Assembly: GCA_040954595.2 (NCBI GenBank)
Contig: CM082588.2
Location: 11,483,398-11,547,397, forward strand
Source of the DNA: Balanoglossus misakiensis
Lineage: Eukaryota > Animalia > Hemichordata
Reading direction: 5' to 3'
DNA length: 64,000 bases
The notes under the pieces are model-generated. The model did not search any database. It was not told the DNA's origin and saw nothing but the letters and a program-made list of their open reading frames with translations. The position numbers and the translations under genes were made by a program. Below, piece by piece: positions 38,625 to 49,490 of this stretch. Numbering within the stretch: the stretch's first letter is position 1; the number at the start of each line of letters is the position of its first letter.

Positions 38625-41600
38625 ATGGAGGACGCACAAGAAACTGTTGTTAGGGTGAAGAAAGAGGAAGATGGCGAGGTGAGTATGGCAGCGAAGGGGG
38701 GCCCTGAATCTGACCCAAGGGATAAAGAAAATGACACTACTGATGATATTAAAGGGGATAAGTCTGTTGAACATGGATCAATGACAATGACACCCACTGG
38801 GGGAGGCAGCGTTTCTAAATTATCCCAGGGGACAATACCTAAACGGGGAGGTGGCCGAGGCGTATATTCTCCACTTAGGGGCCGATTGAGGAAACCGGCA
38901 GGTGTGCACCCGCAATCTTTGAAAGATTATAGTTTGACAGAAAGCGCGGCACAATTTGATGATGAGCGCGAACGGTTAGTCGAATTGGAAAGCGAGCTAA
39001 AATCTCTTCTTGAGCGTGAGCACAGACGCAATAGAGAAATCGAATCCGAGGTTTCGCCACAGCATAGTAGTAACAAAACCGAGGAACGTCATGAGTACGA
39101 GCCGACACATCGAACATTTGCCGAAGTGAATTATACAGCACCACGGGTACCGAACTTTACCGGCGACCATAAAGGCAAGGATAGTATGTCATATGAGTCC
39201 TGGTTGAGGGAGGTACAGAGTATGAGACAGAGTGGCGTTCATAGCGATCGCGTACTGCGACAGGCCGTTCGGAAATCCATACGTGGTGAAGCGAGTGAGA
39301 TCATACTAGGTTTGGGAATCGACCCGTCCATTGAAAAGATGTTGAATAAACTAGAAACTGTGTATGGTGTAGTTGTGTCTACGGCTACATTGAAGCGGCA
39401 GTTGTACAATGATTTTCAGAAGGAAGGTGAGTCAGCAGCGTCATTTGCATGTCGCGTCGAGATAAACCTGAGACGTATATATGATCGCGGAGGTGTCCGC
39501 GAGAGCGAAATGGATTTGATTCTGCGTACTACCCTGTGGGAAGGACTGACAGACCTGCGAGTGAAAGACATCGCCAGGCATCGGTATGAAAATGCCAAGA
39601 ATTTTGATGAGTTGCTACGGATCATCCGTGTTGCTGAACAAGAAGTACAGGGAGCGCATGGACGGAAAACTGGAGAGAAGTTGGAAGATAGGCGAAAGAA
39701 GACAAGAGGACATAGAGCGGTGAAGCAACAGCAGGAAGTGTCTGAGTCGGATTCCGACAATGAAGAGCGTTCAAACAAAAAGAAACCACGTGACCACGAA
39801 AGTGATGAAATGTATGTTAAAATGACTGCGATGTTGAAAGCGATGCAATTACAACAGGAACAGGTGAAGTTGGCTATGGAACAGCAACGAAAGGAACATG
39901 CCGCTGGAATGGAAGAGATCCGGAATGCTCGTGCAACAATGATGGTCTCATCAAACGGCGTGTCTCGACCACGTGATGTTGCCGCACGGATTTCACAGGA
40001 ACCAGACTCGAGACGAGGAACCCCAAATCAAAGTGACGAACGAAGTGGAAACAAGAGTGGAGAAAAGCCATTCACTTGCTACAACTGCAATGGGGAAGGT
40101 CACATGTCACGTGAGTGCAAGCAGCCATGTGGTAGATGTAAAGAAGAAGGACACACCTCTGCAAGTTGCCCAAAAAGAAAACGCGCATCTGTGAAAGCCA
40201 AGAGCATGACGGGAAGACGACGATGTGAAAAGAACCCAAAGAGAAAAGGTAAGCCAAGATCCATTGATGGACGGATTGTTGGTCCATTGAATGAGCAGTA
40301 CGCCTTTGTGAATGGAAGGAAATGTTTGGCTCAAGTGGACACAGGATCACAAGTTACCATGATCAGTGAAGACTACTATCGTCGATACTTGTCCGATGTG
40401 CCATTCACTCCGTTGGATGAAGTTCTCGAGATCGCAGGTGTAACTGATGATGTTGTACAGTACGTTGGTGTGATAGAGGTTGAGGTTAGCTTCCCTAGTC
40501 ACGTCTTCAATGATGATACCACTTTCAGTCTATTGGCACTGGTAGTGAAAGGAACTGAGAACAATGATCGAGTGCCGGTGTTGGCGGGAACCAACTGGTT
40601 GAATCGTTACATGACGATGAAGATGTTGAACGATGGTGGTAGGACAATGAGCAGGATGAAGCCAGTAGCGAGAAGGGCTATTGCAACCCTACGCACTCGT
40701 GAACAGTTCTATGGACCATACGGAAACATGGGAGTAGTGCGAGCGGCAGTAAGCGAACGGGTGACACTGGAGCCACGTACTGCACATACCATTCGAGGGA
40801 GCATGAAGGCTGGTCCCAAAGGAGAGAAACATGAAGTGCTGTTAGGTGATGCCTGTGACTGGAATGAACACAAAGGATGGACTCTGAACCCTATGGTGAC
40901 GATCGCTGAGTGTGGGAAACGCTCGTCAGCCGTGCCTGTGGTAATAAAAAATGAAACTGACAAACCCATCGTCATCAAGCCGAGACAGGTTGTTGCTACA
41001 GTGAAGGCGGTACGAGGAATAGAAGTGCAGCCGCGAAGGGACACCAAGGATAATGGAATTCACGACGAACCTTTGGAAGCGAGAGAGGTGACGGTTGGAG
41101 GATTGTCCTTTGATGTGACCGGTTCACCGGTTGACCAGGATCAGATGATAAAGATACAGGATGTTCTGGAACGTAACATTGGATCATTTTCGACCAGTGA
41201 CGGCGACCTAGGAAGATGTACGATCCACAAACATGAGATCAACTTGAAAGATGAACGTCCAGTCAAACAACCGTATCGTCGGATTCCTCCAGCTTTATAT
41301 GACGAGATCCGAGTGCAGATAGGAGGAATGCTGGACAATGGGGTGATACGACCATCAAAAAGTCCTTGGTCTTCTCCTCTCGTCCTTGTGGCAAAGAAAG
41401 ACGGAACCACTCGTATATGTGTAGATTATAGACGTCTGAATGCGCAGACGACTCCTGACGCGTATGCTCTACCTCGTATTGAGGAGGGACTGGATGTTTT
41501 GAGTGGCGCGAAATGGTTTACATCGATCGACTTAAAAAGTGGATTTTGGCAAATAGCTATGTCGGAGAAGGACATCCCAAAGACAGCGTTTGCCACCCCA

Positions 41601-44600
41601 TTCGGTTTCTACGAATTTGTTGTAATGCCCTTCGGACTCATGAACGCCGGAGCTACATGTCAACGCGTCGTGGAACAATGTATAGGAGATTACAACATGA
41701 GGATTTGCATGGTCTACATGGTTGATGTGATTATCTTTTCTGAAACATTCGAGGAACATGTGGACCGAGTTGACAAGGTTCTCAAGCGACTACGAGAATG
41801 TGACTTGAAGATAAAACATACCAAGTGTCAGCTTTTTCGCGAAAAGATAAAGTACTTGGGACATGTAGTGTCGTCAAATGGAGTTGAGACCGACCCCGAC
41901 AAGACGGAGGCATTGAGGACATGGCCAGTACCCACCAACGTGAAAGAGCTGAGGACATTCTTAGGATTTACGGGGTATTACCGTAGATTCGTACAGGGAT
42001 ACTCATCGATTGCCCGACCATTGCACGCTTTGACCGTAGGTTACCCAACGAAGAGGAAAAATGGGGGAGAAAGGAAACGACCACCCCCATACCAGTGGAC
42101 AGATGCGTGCCAGGAAGCCTTCGAGCTGATCATTGACAAGCTGACTTCAGCTCCGGTTTTGGCCTACGCCGACTATACGCGACCGTTTGAGCTTCACACA
42201 GACGCGAGCTTGACAGGACTAGGTGCTGCCTTATACCAGTCAATCGAAGAGGCAGATGGACGAGAAAGACTTCGACCAGTTGCGTATGCCAGCCGGAGCC
42301 TCACTGCCAGTGAGAAGAACTACCCGGCCCACAAGCTGGAATTTCTGGCTTTGAAATGGTCTGTTACGGAAAAGTTTCGTGATTACTGCTTTGGCAATGA
42401 TGTCACGGTATTGACCGACAATAATCCACTGACATACGTAGCAAGTACAGCGAAACTTGATGCGACAGGACAGAGGTGGTGGAATGCTTTATCTCAGTAT
42501 AAATTGAAGATTCACTACCGACCCGGCCTAAGGAATGGTGATGCGGACGGGCTCTCGCGACGACCCGATGGCAGGGCTCAAGGATTTGATGAGTCTGAGA
42601 GACGTTTCCAGGAAACTGTAGCGATGACTCCTGATGAGGTGCAGGCAGTGGGGGAGCCATGTTTGTCTGATGGAGATGAAGATACACCATGGATTGAAGC
42701 CTTAGCTGCCTCAGCACGAGCGATACCAAAGGACATGGATGAACCTCCGGGGATGCCAGGAGAAGCAACATTACCTACGATTGCGATGGACCAATGGGCG
42801 AAGTTACAGGACAGGGATGTGACCGTACGGCGCATACGAGCCTTGGTTCACGCGAAGACTGGGGGTAAAGGTAAACTGACAAGGACACAGCGAGCACAGG
42901 AACCGCAAGAAGTCAGAATGGCACTGAGAGATTGGAGTAAATTCTGTTTCCGCGATGATGTTTTGTATAGAGCGAGGACATCATCTAGTGGAGAGGTCTA
43001 CTACCAATTGGTGCTACCACACGAGTTTCGCCAGGAGGCAATGAAAGGGGTGCACGACGACTGTGGACACCTGGGACAGGATCGAGCGATTGATTTATTG
43101 AGGGCTAGGTTTTATTGGCCTCTTATGTCAGCTGATATGAAGAAATACATTCGTACATGCAGGAGATGTACTCGAAGGAAGGACGAGGCGGGATTAAAGA
43201 CACGTGCTCCGATGGTGAGTATTGAAACTTCACAGCCCCTCGAACTTCTATGCATGGATTTCTTGAGCCTTGAAGAGAGTAAAGGAGGGACCAAAGACCT
43301 GTTGGTAATTACTGATCACTTCTCGAAGTTTGCTGTAGCCATACCTACACCGAACCAGACCGCGAAAACGACAGCCAAGAACCTATGGGAACACTTCATG
43401 CTACCATATGGATGTCCGGAACGAATCCTGTCTGATCGTGGTCGGAATTTTGAGTCGCGAGTGATACAGGAATTGTGCCAGTTACTAGACATCAAAAAGT
43501 CACGTACCACGCTCAGGCTGAAAGATTCAACTGTACTCTCCTTAATATGTTGGGTACGCTCGAGAACGAGCAGAAGGCTAGATGGAAGGATTATGTGAAG
43601 CCGTTGGTACATGCGTACAACTGCACTGTTCATGACACGACGGGTTTTACACCTTACCACTTGTTGTTCGGAAGACGTGCGAAGATAGCACTGGATGTGC
43701 GATTCGGAACGTCACCAGAAAGCAGGGATCCTACGACGCCGACAAAGTATATCGCCGACTTGAGATCCAGGATGGACAAAGTATTTCAGATTGCGAAACG
43801 AGCTGCAGAGAAGTCAGCCCAAGCGAGTAAAGAGCGCTATGACCAGAAAGTTAGAGAGGTGGTGCTTAAAGAAGGTGATCGAGTGTTACGCAGGAACGTG
43901 AGTATACGAGGTCAACACAAGATCGCCGATCGGTGGGAGGAAAGTCCATATGTTGTGGTGAGAAGGCTGAGTCCTGATTTGCCAGTATATGTTATACGTT
44001 CAACGAAAACCTCGAAGACACAGACGGTCCACAGGAATTTGCTGAAACCTTGCTGTGATCGACCGCTGTTGAGTTATACAGAAGACGAAATGAGTGAACG
44101 CTCTCAGGATAGGGCCATTCCTGAGAGTACGGAGTCGGAACGAAGTTCATCCTCACAGAGTGAACGAGGCTATGTGCTCAATCCTGAATCGCGACCCTTT
44201 AGGCCTGGGAGAGTTAGACCTGTGCGCTTAGAAGGTACAACTGAAGTTACCCTTAATTCTATGGACAGAAGCGACAACGATGCATGTGTGAGCGTGGAGC
44301 AAGATTCTCCTGAACCGAGCATGATGGATATGAGCGATTCTTCAGGGCAGGTGCAAAGCCCTGATGATCCTGTAACAGGCTTGCGTGCAGATAGTATGGA
44401 CGTATCGTCTGCTGGGAAGTCCGATGGAATTGCTGACAGAGCAGAAGTGACACATCAAAATATTCCTCTGAGTGATGTAGGTGTGAATATCACTGATGCG
44501 TCGATTAGTAGTGGAAATGTAGGAACTAGGAAAGAGACTATGGGGAAGGAGCAACCAGTGGGAAGTGACTTAGCTGATACCCATGGTGATTGTTCTGACG

Positions 44601-44899
44601 CTGACGAGGAGTCGTCTATTGCCGAGGAAGGAGGAAGTGTGGTCCGACCTATGCGTCGATCAACGAGAACTCGAAGACCACCCAAGTACTATGGATGGTG
44701 CTCACGATTGGTCAAACGTGACAAAGGTGGTAGAAGCACTTTGAGGAATTCTAGTATTGGGAAGAGGCCATCTTTTGATTTACCGAGGATTGATCATGAG
44801 GATGAAGTTTCTCATGGAAGACTGACCTCGTCGAATAGCAGAAACCACGACATAACCATGAAAATACTCGAAATGATGGCCAGTGGAATATACATGTAA
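38625..44899 (+). pseudogene. gag-pol: Gypsy B copy 1 single-frame gag-pol (PNMA-like capsid, 2 Zn knuckles, PR, RT, RH, IN), defective
   Basis: Motifs PRVPNFTGD...SYESWLREV; CYNCNGEGHMSREC, CGRCKEEGHTSASC; VDTGS; LHTDAS. The RT motif reads YMVD (41715-41726). A 22-bp deletion at ~43512 frameshifts the integrase. Confidence 0.95.
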
Positions 44900-45392
44900 G
44901 TATAGGGAATGTGGATGTAGGGGTGTACGCTGGATTCACATTAGCTATTCTTGACTGTATCTGATACGTGCTTAATGCCAGGTAAGTAAGGGTGCGGTTC
45001 GAAGGTTGCTTTGTGTACCTTTGCAGATTTGCTATTTAGATTAGCCGCGTCATAGGGTCCTGCGCCTCCTGCGTTGCCCAGCGAACTCTGCGCGCTTACA
45101 TTTTTCTGATTACTCTTTCAGGTTCACTGATCGAGACTCTGCCTACCCTACTGCAACAGGATTGTGTAGCTTGTTTCATCGAAAGTGCATCTGAGGATGA
45201 CTCGAGTCACTCGTTTTACAGGCACGATGCCTATGCCGACGAGAATGTTTCGATATTGAGTCTCGTTGATGTAGTGTTTGTATTTACGCTCATGTTCTGT
45301 GTTTCATTGTCGAACGAAGGCAAACTTATTGAGCTTGTTTTTTGTCGGGAAGTAAGCATAGTAAATCGTCCCTATGCTGACTTGGGGCAGTG

Positions 45393-46327
45393 TGATACCA
45401 TTGAATTTGCACCCCTCAGAGCATAGTGGAATGACCCCGCCTATATCGTATATTTGATACATTTTTGATTACTGACTTTACCTGTTTATTGTGATTACGC
45501 AATTGAAGTAGTCCGCAGGTGTTGACTGTATTTCTTGTGAGGTATTCGATTTCGAGTTATGATGTTTCTGTATGAAAGCTCTTTTATTGTTATTGATCGA
45601 ATATTTGCTACTGGAAAGTTGAATTTGTTCCGTCCAGGCAGTACCGCGTGTATTCATTCAAAGGTTTGGCGGGTGTAATACGGCGATGAACTAGTGAGTA
45701 AAAAGGGAACTTTTTAATATGGCCGTTGTCCGATTGTATTGACGAGAGTGGAATCTCCACAAAAATCCGAACCATCGGCAGAATCGTACGGCGAAATTGC
45801 ATCTTGAATGGGAATCGAGGAGAGCCGGATGTTAACTAACATTATTTGAGCTAGTCTTCGTGAGATCCCTACGTAAGAAGCATTTCATCGACTATTTCGA
45901 ACGACAGGTCTGCTGTACCTGAACGAACCATTGTTATTGTCACGCTGATTACTGAGACACCGATCGCCGAGATCCAACGATTACGGGTACTCGCGCAGGT
46001 TTCTCAACGTCGATGCTTCACGAACTGAAAGCTGATGTAAGTACGATCTCATTAACGCTAATCATGTAAAATCGGACTGGATTTGATAAACTTACGGCCT
46101 TTCTAGGTTCTTCGAACCACGGCGTGTGGGGAATGCAATGAGCCGCATTGTTTGACCCCCAACGTCTACAAACTTTGAACGAATCATATACGAGCAGGAA
46201 CACTCGACCCTACGATCGATTTGCCGATCACGGAACTGATCAGCGCTTCGTCATCAAGCTCCGCTTTACGCCTGGATACACTCGGAGCGTTTGCGACGAG
46301 CGAACTTTGAGATATTTGCATTGATTG
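45393..46327 (+). repeat. Gypsy B shared middle LTR2, left part
   Basis: Matches the first 935 bp of LTR1; interrupted by element C. Confidence 0.96.
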
Positions 46328-46969
46328 TGTAACGGCCTTGTTGATCCATTGAATTTGTATACATGTATATCTGTATGTATGTTATACCTGTATCTTATAG
46401 TAATTAGTTATTCAATTATTCATATGACGTAATAGTACTTACCTTCAATTGGTTGATCTTAATTATATGCAAACCACCTGGAAGTTTCATTTGACCAATG
46501 AACACAAGCTAATCTGGCACTATGATGTAATTGCTGATATAAAAGGACATGGTGCATAAAATTGGTCAGTTCACCTCTGTAGCCAGACCGGCCACACACG
46601 TTGGAACTGACATGTATTTGTTCCATTTCAGGTTAGTTTCCTTGTACCTTACCTGTTGCTTGAAGCTTTGTATTTTGGTGCATTCTACCGACTCATTTCA
46701 GCACAAGTAATTGGTGTCTTTAACTTGCGTCAATTTTCCAATTGTATGTCTATATTTTTCACTTGCATGAATTTTGGTGTATTCTGTTGGAGGTGAACTC
46801 CCATACATGTGTGTAATTTAGCAGTTCACCTCTGTAGCCAGACCGGCCACACACGTTGGAACTGACATGTATTTGTTCCATTTCAGTTATTAAATGTAAG
46901 GCCTATGTCTTTGTTACCCGTAACCTGTTTGGTGTGAATATGTTGGAATGAACGGCGACAACCGTGACA
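46328..46969 (+). repeat. Gypsy C 5' LTR (642 bp)
   Basis: Matches 53756-54397; contains an internal 65-bp direct repeat. Confidence 0.96.
46495..46571 (+). promoter_or_regulatory. Candidate Pol II core promoter in the Gypsy C LTR (CCAAT, TATA, Inr)
   Basis: CCAAT 46495, TATAAAA 46538-46544 and TCAGTT initiator 46566-46571, with its A 30 bp after the TATA start. Confidence 0.65.
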
Positions 46970-46971
46970 AA

Positions 46972-46990
46972 TGGCGTAGTCGGCAGGATT
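46972..46990 (+). other. Primer binding site, tRNA-Ser (Gypsy C)
   Basis: TGGCGTAGTCGGCAGGATT matches the complement of the metazoan tRNA-Ser(AGA/TGA) 3' end. Confidence 0.9.
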
Positions 46991-48054
46991 TGGCAATTCC
47001 TACGCAAGTTCTTTTTTCGGGACGGAGAGAGGATGATACTGACAAGTGCCATGTTTTAACTGGTCAGAAGTGTCTGGACAACGGACAACGCCCAACCAGG
47101 TGTGTCTTTCGCTGAGCTGGACGTCCTTGGGGAGCCACCCGGACTGCAGACAGACGGGAGCCAGGTCCAAGCGTCAACGGCGAGGAAAATTCTCTGCAGA
47201 GTGCCAAGTGGTGAAGTCGCTGAACTGTTACCGGCCGGAACTGTTTAGTGTGAAGTGTTCATCGCGGTATACAAGGTATTGTGTGTCCAGAACTTGACAG
47301 TGTTATTCCGTGCGAACTATAGACAGTGCGCATAAATTCCGTCCGTGGCGCATAGTTTCCATCTGTGATAACTTCGGACTTGAACTTGTGGACTGGGTAT
47401 TTTATTGCAAACGAACTTTCTGGTTATTCGCTGTAGAACCTGGTGTAACGTAATGTTTGTAAATTTTTCTTAGAAATCTCAATATTGTCTATATAATGCA
47501 ATGTGGTCAAAGTAGTTTTGACTTTGATTTAATTGTTGAAGTGGGCTCCATGTGGATATAAACCCATGTTTTGTTGCCTTTAGCCTGCTTTAAAAAAAAA
47601 AAAAAAAAAAAAATTATTTTCTTTCAACAGTATATTTTGGTTAAGTGCTGAAGTATAAATTTTCTTTGTAAATTTCAGTTCATTATTTTCCAAACGACGT
47701 GAAAAAAAAAAAATTGTCAGCACTTGTTGAAAAAAAAAAATATTAAGTTATAAGTTAAATATTGTATATTGACTTGAGTTAGTTTATTATTGTATTAGTT
47801 ATTTAGTTGTTTCATTATTATTGAGACTGTCCATGAATGGTCGTATTCATCCAAATCATACATTAGTCTCTATAGAACCTTTGGCAGTGTCTGTAAGCTA
47901 TTCTATGCTTATTTCATTCCCTGTTAACGTATGTGCTATGCCAGTAGATACTGATATTATTGTTAAGATTTTCCAGTGAAATAGCTTGCATTGCATCGTA
48001 TTTAACGACACGTCAGAGTCCTCCCAAATTGCCTCTCATTTTCTGGGGAAAAGA

Positions 48055-49479
48055 ATGGCTGTGTCCAAAATATCAATTCAAGAGCGAAGCATTTATGTGC
48101 AACACTTGCCTTTTGAATGTACAAAGAAAAATTTTAGTGAATTTATCGAGTTACAGCTTGGTTTGGCCCAGGTTGATCAAATTTATATTTCTGATAAAGA
48201 TTCCGCTTTTGTCATATTTGAGAATATAGAATCAGCCACAGCCGCTCTGCCAGTAATACATAAAAGCACTTTTGAAGAAAGCAAATTACGGGCAAGTCGT
48301 GTGACCACAGCCCGAGGGTTGGAACTGTGGCATTTAATTGAGGAAACCGAACAAAGTACTGGCCTAGATTACAATGAAACCAGTGATCCCAAGACATCCA
48401 AACCCAAAGCAGATGTACAGGAAATTATTAACATGTTGAGTTTACTGTCTGAAGCAGATAGGAAAGCGGTTGCACAGGCCATATCACCTGCTCCACTGAA
48501 ACCAATCGTATCAACCCCTATGCCACAGCCGATTCCATTTCCAGCATTTCCAGTACCAACTTCAGTTGCAGATTCTTCACCATTTATTATGTCTTCACCT
48601 GCCCAAGCAGCTGCTGCACAGCCAGCGAGAGCCACTACTGCTTTTCACTCGGTGGAATTCCCAAGAATAGTCGTCTTCTCTGGCAAAGGTGATGTCACTT
48701 ATGAAATGTGGCGATATGAAGTTCGAGCACTACAGAGGGAGAATGTGTTTCCGGAGACCATAATTATGCAGGCTGTTCGGAAATCCCTACGAGCGTCCGC
48801 TGCTGAAGTCCTACTACATATGGGAGAAGACATCACAGTGTCCCGATTGATGGCGAAGATGGACATGGTCTTTGGGAAAGTATTGCCACCGGAAGCAGTT
48901 TTGGAAAAATTCTATACAGCACGACAAACGAAGACAGAAAAGGTAGCAGAATGGGCCTGTCGCATCGAAGGACTTTTGGATGAACTCAGATCAGGTCAGT
49001 CCATCTCTAGTAATTCAGAAGAAACCATGCTTCGAACCAAATTCTTTTCTGGCCTGTCAGATGAGCACATTAAGAATGCAATCAGACACCGATATGATAC
49101 GGGAGAAGATTATTCAGGATTGTTGCTAGCCGCAAGAAAGCTTGAAGTAAATAGGGAGACCACTACCAGGGTTCACCAAGCAACTGTTGCTGACAAGACG
49201 ATGATAACCAAATTGGAGGAACTTACCAAAGGTCTGAAGAACTTAGCTGAGAAGGTTGCTGAACTAGAGAAGCGAACTTCAACATCATCAACTCCAGAGT
49301 CTACTTTTCGCCGACGTGTCAACAATGAAAATGGCCGGGATCGGCGTGGCAACGATGGAACTCGCCAACCCAAACAAGTTTTCCCAGGCAACTGCTTCAA
49401 GTGTGGTGAACATGGACACAAAAAGACAGACTGTCCTTTAAATGGGGAGCGACCAGGCATCCGGAGGGACATGCGCTAG
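48055..49479 (+). CDS. gag: Gypsy C Gag: N-terminal RRM-like domain, Pro/Ala linker, PNMA-like capsid, CCHC knuckle
   Basis: First ATG at 48055; motifs IYVQHL and SAFVIFE; FPRIVVFSGKGDVTYEMWRYEV; CFKCGEHGHKKTDC. The ORF is intact. Confidence 0.92.
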   Translation: MAVSKISIQERSIYVQHLPFECTKKNFSEFIELQLGLAQVDQIYISDKDSAFVIFENIESATAALPVIHKSTFEESKLRASRVTTARGLELWHLIEETEQSTGLDYNETSDPKTSKPKADVQEIINMLSLLSEADRKAVAQAISPAPLKPIVSTPMPQPIPFPAFPVPTSVADSSPFIMSSPAQAAAAQPARATTAFHSVEFPRIVVFSGKGDVTYEMWRYEVRALQRENVFPETIIMQAVRKSLRASAAEVLLHMGEDITVSRLMAKMDMVFGKVLPPEAVLEKFYTARQTKTEKVAEWACRIEGLLDELRSGQSISSNSEETMLRTKFFSGLSDEHIKNAIRHRYDTGEDYSGLLLAARKLEVNRETTTRVHQATVADKTMITKLEELTKGLKNLAEKVAELEKRTSTSSTPESTFRRRVNNENGRDRRGNDGTRQPKQVFPGNCFKCGEHGHKKTDCPLNGERPGIRRDMR

Positions 49480-49490
49480 GTCGGAACGGT
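49437..49490 (+). promoter_or_regulatory. Candidate -1 frameshift signal (T_TTA_AAT plus downstream stem-loop), Gypsy C
   Basis: Heptamer 49437-49443 is in the gag frame and pol is in the -1 frame. Downstream CGACC...GCAT...ATGC...GGTCG can pair. Confidence 0.7.

Noticed and set aside
43475-44899. 474-aa ORF (and 60416-61456) as a separate ORF3 or env
   Set aside because: It is the integrase C-terminal part separated by a deletion or stop; no signal peptide or transmembrane segment.
47590-47745. Poly(A) tracts in the Gypsy C leader as a retroposed SINE/LINE tail
   Set aside because: No flanking TSD or recognisable SINE/LINE body; A-rich leaders are common in Gypsy elements.
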